DNA of 64,000 bases from Entomortierella parvispora E1425 (taxonomy: Eukaryota; Fungi; Mortierellomycota): assembly GCA_020891255.1 (NCBI GenBank), contig BQFW01000008.1:2728001-2792000 (forward strand). Direction: 5' to 3'. The notes beneath the pieces are model-generated. The model ran no database searches. It was given only the letters and a program-made list of their open reading frames with translations, and was not told the origin of the DNA. The translations under genes were made by a program, and so were the position numbers. Shown piece after piece: positions 22,601 to 33,400 of this stretch. Each line of letters opens with the position of its first letter. Within the stretch, counting starts at the first letter, position 1.

Positions 22601-25600
22601 GATTCGCTCCAGGAAATCAAGAATAGCGTCTTTCTCGCCTCGTCCACCGTTCATGTCATTCGTGTGGATGACATTCGTGATAACATCCAGCTCGAAGTTC
22701 ATACCTTTTCACTAAGGAATCGAGTCAGACAACTGGCGAAGTTGCTGGACAATACAAAGACGATTGTCTATTTTGACAGCATCGCACTTCTCAGAGATGT
22801 ACAGGACAAGTTAAGGCCATTGAGGCCTGATCTGCGAATGGACGCATTTTTCTCAACCCGCCTTAGTTCTTCCAAGGATAAAGTCCTGCTCAAGTTCATT
22901 AATAGCGAGATTGATGTCCTGTTGGCTACTGATGCCTGCGGCATGGGATGCGATATCTCAGATGTTATCACTGTGTTCCAATATGAGTAAGTTGAAACGT
23001 AACTAAGGTTGGACAATGCGGATGAAATGAGAGACGATCTTACTTACTTCAAGATATTTTCAATGATATGAAGTCTGCCTCACGATTTGACGAGTCTTGT
23101 GCAGAGGTTCGGTCGAGCAGCGAGGGGTCCTGGAACTAAAGGCTTTGGGATCCTCTTGGCGCCTCCAACTACCAGCAGGAAATACAACAAGAGACCTGAC
23201 ATCTTAAATTTCGTTGCCCCCCAATTGACAAGGACAAGGACAAGGAAAAGGACAAGGAAAAGGACAAGGACAACAGTCGGAGGAAATGTCGGTGGCATGT
23301 GGTGGATGAATATCTAGGGAACAAAATATCCTCTCGTACCAAATGTTGTGATGTATGTCTCGGTGAGTCTTGTCGCCGCAAGACGACCGAACTTACTGGT
23401 CAAATTGGGCCCGAACTGACTATACCAAAGGGGAAGAGCGCGGACAAAGATCAGGATGTAGGGAGGAACAGGTTATTGGAGTGGAGGAAGAACGAGTGCA
23501 AAAAATGGACAGGAGAAGAAGTGTCCTTCGTGGACTTCGAGCTTTGCGTTTTGCCCGATAAAGTACTCGCAAGGTTGTGCTACAAGCTCTTTGCGGCCAC
23601 CACTACTGAAATGGTGAGGTTGATAGCTGACAGCTGTGATTTTGTGCCAGTGGATTGCGATCATTTTGAAATGATCGCTGAGGTTGTGGCGAAAGCCCTG
23701 GGCGAGATAGAAAGTACGAAAAATGATCAAAATTCCTTGGTAGTCGAAGAATAGCCCATCAATTGACCGAGCCAAGATGACAAGGAGATGGAGTCACTGC
23801 TTGCATCTGATGACCCTGCACAACCAAACATTTACAGCCGGCCGGGCCATTTAACATCGCACGAGCCCAGGTCCCATTCATTCATTCTTCTTTAGTTAGT
23901 ATTATTATTGTCATAAAATATCATTCAGCTACAACATGGTCGTTGGCCTCGACTTCCTCCATATCCACAGTATCGTAGCTATCGCTTTTTCTGAGAAAAC
24001 ATGCTATAGCACTCTCTGCCATTTTGTGCGCGCCAACAGTTTGAAGGTCAACTACCACGGATGGAGAAGGCCGAGTGTCTTGCTTGGATGCCCAAAGGAT
24101 TCCACAGAACTGGAGATTGTCTCTGACAAGCTCAACATCCTCTTTCGTGGATGGTTTTTTGTGAGCAGTGCTGTTGTACTTGGTTTCTATCTCCCGTTCG
24201 AAATTACGTGCAATGGTTTGAAATATCTCGACGTTTGTTGAGATTTGTTCGCGAAGATAGTCCCAGCTTGCGTTTGGCCCTTTCGCTGCATGAGTGGCTT
24301 TGAGGAGGAAGTTGATGATTTCTTGGTACATGTCCGTTGGCATCCATGCTTGAGGAATGCCTTTAGGGTTCACCAGCATGCTTGAAAGGACCCTGTGTTC
24401 CCATTCACGCGTCCACAGGTGGCGCATGCCGTGGAGAAATCGTAGTAGCTCAAGGGCATATTTGGAATTGCCTCCGCCGTGCATCATCAATGCCACGGTT
24501 GGTAGCACACATCTTATCCGCCCAAGATCGCCAGCCTTAATAGCAGCAGAGAGTTCGATGAAAACGATCATGTCTCGGAGGAAGAGAAGAGCATTGATAT
24601 CTGCTGGAGTGCAGGGCCGGCCATTGAGCAAGGGATTGGCATGCTGCAGACTAGCTATGGCGTAAATGACAAGATCAACGAATCTTGTCATGTCAGACTC
24701 CACTGAGGTATGAAGATCTTCCCAGAGTACCATTGACATTGCGTCGAAAACAATCTTCAGCAGTTCACTGGTTGGCTTGTACTCCGGTTTATCCGTGTTA
24801 AAGCCTTTACTGGCCAATAGGGAAATGAATGATGCAAGTGAGCCTGGGGTATTGGCATCGGCGCCAAGATGTGTCTTGTAGATCGTGGAGCAAAGTGTCA
24901 TTTGGAGATGGAAGAGCTGAAACGTAGGATGTACCCAACCAAGACTGCCGAATGGATCCGACTCAACCATGCGGTGTACCTTGAGAGATAAAAGTCTAGA
25001 GACAGTCATCTGATCACCGGCCACTATGATGTCCCTGGTGGTCTTGCTGAACCATTCATCGCTTAAGCCGAGATCTATCTTTGTTATGTTTTCCAGCACT
25101 GCGAGATTTCCGGCAATAGTCGACTCATCGATCTTCATGGTTGGCAATGGAAAAGTTTTCGTCTTAACAACCTTCAGTACGTCAATGGCCGGCATGGGAA
25201 TCACGCAAACACTGGGTGATCGAGGCAAAAACTGCGAAATGGCAGTCGACAGATGTGTGCGGCAGGCAGCCCTAGTCATGGTGCGGTCGGTGCTTGTGGG
25301 GAAAAAAATGCTGGCGCTTGGCTCTGGCCTGTCCACTCTGAAGCAAACCATTGGGGATGATCGAGGTATTTCAGCACTCCTGGAGCTCCCGAGATTTGAG
25401 CTGTCGGGAATCAGAATCACGGTAGCAGCTGTGCCGTTGTCGAACGTGTCTCTTTTTCCTACTCTCTGGTGATGGTGCCTTGTGGCAATGTTGATGTTGT
25501 CGTATACAATGTAAAAGTCGTTGTTGAGGACTGCCACCTTCACCCTCTCCTGTGCGTCTTTGGTCAAGGCCTTCAATGCCCTGTGAATCTGATCATATGA

Positions 25601-28600
25601 CACGCAAAGTCCAAGAGCCGACAAAGTCTCTAAAACTCGTCTGGGAGCTCCCAGGCAGTGAAGATAGATGCCCATTACCATCTGAAAAGCATTGCATTGC
25701 TGGGATCTCAAGAACATGAGCATAGCAGAGATGCAGCCACGAACAGAGCTGGGTTTTTCGACCGCGCCTGCGAGCAGGTGTAGCGCTTCCCACAGTTTCT
25801 TCATCATTGTTGCCGATGTTGTCACTGCCGTTGTTGACGGTGTTATCGCCGTTGCTGTCGATGTCGTTGTCGCCGCTATTGTCGCTGTTGTCGCTGTTGC
25901 TCTCGGTGTCGTTCTCACTGTCGTTGCCGTTGTTGTTGCCTTCGTTTACTCTGGTGCTACCATCGCCACTGTTCGTACCATTTCCCTTGCTAAGCATGCC
26001 GTCCAAAAGTCGTGTCAAAAAAGAAGCTTCGCCGGCGTAAGAGTCGAGAAACCCGTTCCTGAGGATCTTATCGATATTTTCCTCCGACATTCTATTGTGC
26101 GGGAATCGGTAGGCTGGGTGTGGGCCATCGTCACCTACGACGCCGTTCTTGAGGCGATCAAGCTCCCGTTTAGTCCTTGAGACAACGACGTCTACAGCGC
26201 TGTTCACAAATGGGGCATCCCATTCTTTGATCTTGCGTAACTTTTGGCTCCAAATTTTGATAACGCGACGAGGACCGTCTTTGTGATAGAATTGATGAGT
26301 CCAGCGCTTGATGTTTTCATCTTGAGAGTTAAACAGCTTCTCGAAGAAGGCGGGAAGTGAAAGCTGTTGTTCCCTGATGTAGTTAAGAATCATTGCAACT
26401 TTGTGGGTAGAGGAATGCTAAAAAGAAAAATAATTGTTAGACGCCTGTGGGAGTGACATATTGCTGGTTTCTTTGGACAACCGGTCTTCACATACATGCG
26501 GCTTCCTTGTTGATCCGGGCATTCGATCCTCTCCATTGGTCGCTCTGAGTGTGGGGGAATCGGGCATGCACATCTATACGTAATTCGTAATTCACTTGAG
26601 AGGTAATTCATAAATTACGATAAGGATGTTTTCGAAACCATGTGCTGAATTTACCTGCAGTGTCGATGAGTTGAACTGCTCCTCCATGTCGGCCGTTAAA
26701 GTCCTAATCCTATCACTGAATTTCACTGCATGTTAGAAATTTGCGTAAACCTGGGGGCAACTAAAGTTGCGACAGGGTAGGCAGGTTGGGGTATCTCATG
26801 CTTACGCGAACTGAGGGGTGCTCAGATTCCTAGATCGTCGCGAGTTTTTTCTTGTGGGGGTCCTCATGTAATCGTTCCCAGAAACCCATATCATCGGCGT
26901 CTCTGTTCGATTACTTCCTAATCTCCGAAGCCAGAATGGGCTATCGAATGGCTCTCCATCAGTGTTGTCACAGAAAGGATCGAGCAGAGACTCCTCTGAC
27001 GCATGCTTGGGTCGCGGTGATTCATCTCCAATGCTGGGTCGCGGCGACTCTTTTCCAATGTTGGGTGGCGTCGAATTTTTTCCAATGTTGAATTGCGTTG
27101 ATCCTCCAATGTACGCAGCCTGAGAAGTCGGAGAAAGAGCCTGTGCCTCCATGACAAAGGGTAAAGGTTGGGCCATATCGGTAGCACCAGAACCATTGGT
27201 AGTTCCCTAATCGATATGAATGGGAGGAGGTGGATACATCTGTTAGAAAAGAAAACGCGAGCAGCACATATTTTTTAACGATTTTTTTCATACTTGGTTG
27301 GCCACAATTGGTGACTGTATGAATCTTGGCGTTTGTAAGGTTTGTGAGGTGCGCGGGGTTCGTGGAGTTCGTGGTGCTCGTGGTGCTCGTGGGGTTTGTG
27401 TTGTTTGCGGGGTTCGCGGAGGAGCACCTGGGGAATCAAGACGAAATCGTCCCTCACCCTATTGTAAATCACAGAGTTAGAAGAGGCCACACCAGGAAGA
27501 GGCCACCAGGCACCACATCAAGCTACTCACCTTGGTGCTACGCGATCTTCTCGGCGTTCCCGGGATATCTTGATCAGATTTGCTAAGAGCATCATGACTA
27601 CAACAGAAAATATGAAGAGATGAAGAAAAATAGAGCAGATGGACGCGTGGGCGACTCTGAGCATCATGGACACCCGAGACGCGTCTCCTCACCTCTGCTC
27701 GATTGGTCTTTTGCTTGCCATCTTTGTCATTTAATCAGATGAAGGGTATAAAGAAGAGGTGGCAGGAGCTGAATGCAAGATCGGAACGCGGGGTTTATGA
27801 AAGAAAGTGGTGGCATTGAAAATGAAAAAATGGAAGAAATTAACCCCATTCAAGCCGGGCGACGAGCGATGGCATGGCTGCATGGCTGGCATTACTCTCA
27901 CTATTTTATTATTATTAGAGTGAATTTATTTAAAGTTTTTAAATTACACTATTTATCAGAGAATTTTTTTTCCTTTTTTGGACGAAAAAATTATTTTGGG
28001 TCATCCATAGGAAAGGGTGAGATTTGCGCCCAGCCCCTCTGAAGTGAAGGAGTGAGCAAAGAGGGGCTGGGTTCAGAGCTTCGGTAGTCCTGGGAAATAT
28101 TCTACCGCCTAAGCTTGCACTGAATTTTCTCTTGACAGTTTACATCAGCACAAGCAAGTCCGCCATACGACTCGTCCAGTTGTCTCATAGGTAATTTCCG
28201 ATATGCACCGCTGAGGAAGAAGACGAGCAGGGTTTATTGACGATTAGCCTTCGTGGCTTTATTTCTGGATGTCCAGCCACTAGTTCGAGCAAACTGCTTG
28301 TAATGATTTCCAAGACGGGTACATGGACATTCAATTACGATGTCGAATCCGCCCAACTACAATCGACTCTTTGGAGCTCGGTTTCGAGCGTTTCTCAGGC
28401 AGGGATTTTGTCGTGTGGTATCAGTGGCACACAGCTGTTTGCTGTTTTTGGAGGTAAAAACGAACGATAGGATACGTAGAAAACATCTGAGTAGAGGTCA
28501 AAGTGAGGGAGGGTTGAAGCGATTCAAACAGTCTCCATACCAGCGTGCCCATTGTTTCTAATAGTCAGCCTATTCTTGTCGTGAAAACTATAGGCAGTGC

Positions 28601-29894
28601 TCAACCCACTATCAAGACTGCACAAATGACAGCAACATCTTGGACCTGGCAAACTCCTACTCTGACCCAGCCTTCGCTTCTGCCCTCGCCGCCACCGCCG
28701 CCTACAGGATCATCAGGTGATAGTGGTGGCGCCCCTGGTTCTGGTGGTAGTAATGGAAGCAACGGCAGTAGTACAAATCCTAACGACAGCTCATCTGGAA
28801 GTAAAACAGGTTTGGGCAAGGGTGCCATCATCGCAATCGCGATCGTCGCCGCCTTGCTCCTGATTCTCATCCCGATCCTGATCCTCTGGTGGTGCCGCCG
28901 CAAGCGCCAGAACGACAAGAAGTACGAGGAACGGACCGAGGAGCTCAAAAAGTCCATTGTGATGGATCAAGGCGGTGGAAAACGCATGGGCTCGTCCCTA
29001 CCTCTGCCCCGCGCGATTCCCCAAGTGCCCCCAAGGCATTCCCCTGTCACGTTCTACTTGGAGACCCCTGGGGCCACCCCTGCCCTCGGCGGTATGACCC
29101 TGATCGGCCATGACCGTAGCAGCCACTCGGGATCGTCTAGCATGCCGGGCTCGAGCACGATGAGCTATGACGAAAGGCTGTCAGTGCACCCGTCGCACCC
29201 TTCGATGCAGTCTCTGCCGTCGATACAGTCTCCCACGATGCAGTCTCCGCTACAAATGCAGGCTCAGCCATCGATCCAATCCTTGCCGCATCCTTACCAG
29301 CAGCCCTCCAGGACTTGGTCGCAGGATGGCGGCAGCGTGGCCAATGGCGGCTCACCTTCGCCCAGGACCTTGAACCCCTCCCCCCGGACCTTGAACCAGC
29401 AGCACCAGCACAGCTTCAGCGACAATGAAAGCACGGCGGGACCTGGGTCCGTTGATGGATACCATTCCGACGCGCGTCTGAGCCGTGGTGGTATCTATGA
29501 TGACAAGCATGAGATCATGAGCCCTGACCGAGACCCGTATGGACACCATGAGCGCTCGACCACGAGCATGAGCTACCTGAAGAGTCCTGCCTTGACCGAA
29601 TTGGAACACCCCCGCTCGACCACGACGATGAGCTACATGAAGAGTCCGGCCTTGACGGACTTGGAGCCGCCCATGCCCCTCATGTCCCCCATGTACTCGC
29701 CCCCCGCCCATTACCAACACTCGAGCACGGACAGCGCCGTCACGGCCAACTCGACGCTGGGCGCTCCTATGGTCCAGATGGCGACCAAGCCTAAACGCAT
29801 CCGGATGGAGGACATGGTCTCCCCAGGCCTCATCAACGCCCAATTGATCCTCCAGCAGTCGCAAAAGCCTCAGAAAGTGTCCAGCCTCCGTTAA
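19660..29894 (+). CDS. Single-pass membrane protein copy B, 749 aa (join 19660-20379, 28139-28190, 28277-28453, 28594-29894); transposon in intron 1
   Basis: Canonical GT-AG sites give an open 2250-nt frame: S/T/N-rich putative ectodomain, G/S linker, TM helix plus RRKR, and a long S/P-rich tail. Confidence 0.8.
20476..20484. repeat. 9-bp target-site duplication GGTAGTCCT (left)
   Basis: Identical 9-mer directly abuts both TIR ends (20476-20484 and 28083-28091). Confidence 0.95.
20485..21506 (+). repeat. Left terminal inverted repeat (1022 bp)
   Basis: Reverse complement of 27062-28082; the few differences found (near 20745-20755, 20935, 21315) are all outside the predicted exons. Confidence 0.95.
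20838..23754 (+). CDS. Transposon-encoded RecQ-like SF2 helicase, multi-exon, starting in the left TIR; two homopolymer frameshifts
   Basis: Motifs APCGWGKT (I), VISPLIALMQDQ (Ia), VDEVHC (II), LTATL (III), LLATDACGMGCD (V), QRFGRAAR (VI), and Zn-like CRWHVVDEYL..CCDVC. Frameshifts at A7 21822-21828 and C6 23217-23222. Confidence 0.85.
23921..27730 (-). CDS. Academ-type (DUF6589-like) DDE transposase, multi-exon, starting in the right TIR; one homopolymer frameshift
   Basis: Candidate catalytic motifs IVYDNINI, VAGDQMTV, FQLFHLQM, PTDMYQEIIN. ORFs 25593-26393 and 23921-25918 join by removing one base at T5 25754-25758 (RRRGRK-PSSVRG). Confidence 0.8.
27062..28082 (-). repeat. Right terminal inverted repeat (1021 bp)
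   Basis: Mirror ORFs in the track (e.g. 21077-21292 + vs 27275-27490 -) and direct base comparison. Confidence 0.95.
28083..28091. repeat. 9-bp target-site duplication GGTAGTCCT (right)
   Basis: Matches 20476-20484. Confidence 0.95.
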
Positions 29895-30441
29895 AACATA
29901 TGTGTCCGTATACTCTTATTTATTTTTTCTTTTCCTCTCTCTTTCTCTTTTTTCCCCCTTCTTTCTTTACACTCTTTTCTTTATTACCATTTCATTACCT
30001 CTTTTCTGGCGTATTTTCTCTCTTTCTCCCTCAATCCCTCTTCCCGTCCATGGGTTGCTTGCAAACCCCGTCATGGGACAGAAAGCGAAGGAAAGATTCC
30101 CCCCTTTTATATCTTTAAAAAAAATCCAAAAATGATGATACGACGAACCATAATAAAAAAAAAAATGTTGATGACTATGCTTCATTTTTTAGGTGGCAGT
30201 AGTTCTCGATCATCGTCCCAAATCGACCTCTCCGTTTTGCATTGTAATCTTTGGAGGGATTGTTTTCTAGGACTCTGTCAGCAACAAGAGATGGCAGCCA
30301 TGGAAGAGCTTGGGGTGAGGAGGAATGGATCCAAAGGGCAGCCTGCGAGGCGACGACACACCCGACACACCATCAAAAGAAGTTTTGCACGACAAAACTT
30401 GTTTTTTTTTTAATTCGCATTCCCACAATCCTCACACTTGT

Positions 30442-33400
30442 CTATTTGTACCCATCGCCAACGCCGCATCGTTCCGGATTGGGTTCATTACCGGCCCAAG
30501 TGGGAAACTCGACCGCGCCTTTGAGGATCAGGGCAAAGACAACAAAGATGGCCATGTTGCAAATCTGTGTGCCCGCATCCAACGCCGCCGCAAGCACGAA
30601 CGTGTACCTCCGCCACCATTCATGGCGGTACCGCAGGACCACGAACGCGAAGATAAACGCGACCACGCCGGCAGAGACCACGAAACTGGCGGGTGCCTGG
30701 GGCACAAAACTGGCGCCTGCGCAGACCAGAGGCATGTTGACCAAGTGCCAGGGCACACGACGGAGGCAATACTCGAGTGATCGAGAAGAATAGGAAGCTG
30801 GGTCGTGGAGGTTGTGCGGGTCGTGGTGGGTACGTGAGGAGCAGGATCGACCTTCGTAAATATGAGGTGGGAGGGACACTTTTTCCTTGGACTGCAAATA
30901 GTCCAGATTCGATTCCTCTGCTCCTTTTTTTGATGCGTCTTTGGACAAACCTGACAAGGGCCAACAGTCTTTTCTGCCTTGTCTCGATGATCGCACTGGT
31001 TCCATGTGCGCCGTAGAAGAGGACAGTCCAGAGGGTTGGTCGCGGCGATCGGTATGATGGGGCTTGGGATAAGTAGCCGTGCTTGTCTCTCCAAACGCAA
31101 CTTCAGAGTCTTGATGGATGGCCTTGGAAGGGACACCCCCCGACTCGACCGTAGCCTCTGAGATGTGAGCCACAGAGGGGCAGGTACACTTTGGCAAAAA
31201 GAATAGCAACGGCGACGAGTCTGGACTTATTCCCTTGCAATAGGAACCAAACGGAGGGTAGTGTCTTGAGAGCAAATAGAAAGGGACCGGGATGAATAGA
31301 CCGAGGACAAAGCACAGCGGGAGGAAATGGTAAATGGATGAAGGAGCAAAGAGCCTGGTCGGGGAAATTGCGCCCCACAGGAGTGACGCAGAAAAGAAGA
31401 GATCCAGGTTACGAAACGACCAACCACTAACGCGATCAAAATAAAATTAAAGAAAAAAAATCCCCCGAAGGGAAAAAATTAGCAACGCAATTGTTGCCCA
31501 ACCCTTTCGAATCGTGCTCCTCCTCTCCTTTTCCTCTCCCCTTCGTCACGAGAACCCTAATAAATTACCTTCTAGAGTCAGCATCGAACAAGGCTTGACG
31601 ATTGTAGAGCAGGACCCAGTCCAAGACCTTGATATTGACAAAGGCGCCCACCACTGTTCCGTAGATGACGGTGATCAAAATCTTCCTAGGGGGCACCTTC
31701 ATGTAATGACCCAGTTTGAGTCCCTGGGTCAAGTTCATGCATTGGTAGAGGGTCATGTAACTGTAGCACTTAAAGACTGAGTTGGCGAGTTGGTTGCCGG
31801 CTATGGAATCCATAGAATTGGGAGTGCGAAGGCACGGTAAGCAATCGATTCAAGGATTCGCGTTGGTCGTTGACGTGAGATCTTACGCAAGAGGTAGCCA
31901 CAGACCACTTCGCTCAGCACATTGAGTCCAATCTGAGAACTGGAGAGCGCTTGGATAATGGCCATTGGAATCGCGAAAATGGCAGAGAGCAGCAGTGCAA
32001 TGATCAGGGCATACACGGGCAGGTGGATATCGGACGTATTGCAGACCACAACTGACATCACAAAGCACAACACAAAGAGTGCTCCGAACCACCGTCCAGG
32101 GATCTAGAGTGGATTGAAGAGAGAGAGGTCAAAATGCTGACCACACTCTTGTTAAGCAATTGAATAGGCAAGACCATACTTACCTCGGGGTAGACCTTCA
32201 TCAACCGCGTGTGGATATCCTCAGTGCCAAACATCTCTGTCGGGATCTGCTCCCACCGCGCAATCTCCTCGCGCTCTCTCTCGGTCAACTGATGAGTAGG
32301 TCCTGCAGCTGCGGAGGCACCACCTGCAAGACCAGCGGCCATAGAGGCGGCAAGCTCCTGTTGTTGGGACAACTGGCGGTAATGAGACGACTGATGGAAA
32401 CTCTGTCGATCCTCAGCGCCTCCCAGTCCTGCGATCCCTCCAATCCCAGATCCACTATCCAGAACATTAAGATCATTCCTGAACGACACCGACTCGCTGT
32501 TCTTGCGACTGCCTCGAACGCTTCCACTGCCAGCGATGTAAGCTGTAGTGTCACTGATCCTAGGAGGAGCATCGAGTTCCTCATGCAACGATCCAATCGA
32601 CATGGGTGCCAACTCCAGAATACTCAACTGCGTGGAAGGGGTATGAGTTTGGTTGGATGCTGTTATGGTCGTGTCTTCCAGCTCGTTCGCGTTTGAAAAG
32701 CGAGCTTGAATTCCTTGGACAAGTTCTGATTTCTGTATCCTGGCCAGCCTTCTCACAGTCCTCGTCTTGGCGATCAACCAGATATCTGGTCCATAATAAA
32801 GCGCCACATGAACAAACGTAGCCATGACAGCCATAAAGCTTGTTCCATAAGTGATTGCGAAGTAGGGTGTCATGATGATGGGCGAGTACGACTCATACAT
32901 GGTCACATTGAAGGTCAGATCGGGGTTGACAATCTTGGAGATATCATAGAGCTGTGCCTTGTTATCAAAGAGATTGGAGGACACAATCGGGTACGACATG
33001 GCGGACCAGTAGTTGGTAAAGTAGATGAGTGGAGTAATGAGCCAGAGCATGAGGATCAATCCCACGAAAAAATTGCATTGTGCCCACTATGTGTAAAGAT
33101 GAATCCACTTGTTAGGTTTTTTTTCTGTTGAAGAACAGCTCTACACCAGAACTTACCCAAGGGGTGAACAAGGGACCGACGCCACTGATGATCGACCAAT
33201 CTAGCGAGATGCAGCCCATCCCTAGACCAGTATATCCACTGCCGAGCTTTCTCAAAACATTGCTTGACGGCTTGATCCAGCAAAGCAACGCCATCGAGGT
33301 CAAAACGGGCATGAACATCCTTGGGAGCCATTGGTACAGAAAGATGGCCAAGAAAGCGTACCAGAACAATTGCATCCTGGTGAACCATCGCGTCAAAACC

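Larger units (their letters stand above)
20485..28082. mobile_element. Complete AcademH-like DNA transposon (7598 bp): ~1.02-kb TIRs, 9-bp TSD, convergent RecQ-like helicase and DDE-type transposase
   Basis: Ends gaagctctgaaccc.../...gggttcagagcttc are exact reverse complements flanked by the TSD. SF2 RecQ-like helicase plus this transposase type plus 9-10-bp TSD is the described AcademH (Academ superfamily) signature; family assignment is from recall, not a search. Confidence 0.9.
17953..29380 (+). repeat. Tandem duplication unit B (same unit, expanded by the transposon)
   Basis: Colinear with unit A from 17953; 17286-17955 matches 28702-29380 almost base for base. Confidence 0.85.

Noticed and set aside
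21950-23754. Host RecQ/SGS1 gene
   Set aside because: It lies inside TIRs with a TSD next to a transposase, and lacks the HRDC domain and SGS1-type N-terminus.
20485-28082. Helitron or Mutator element
   Set aside because: The helicase is SF2 RecQ-like, not Pif1 Rep-Hel, and TIRs plus TSD are present. The 9-bp TSD and long TIRs resemble MULEs, but the transposase motifs and helicase fit Academ better.
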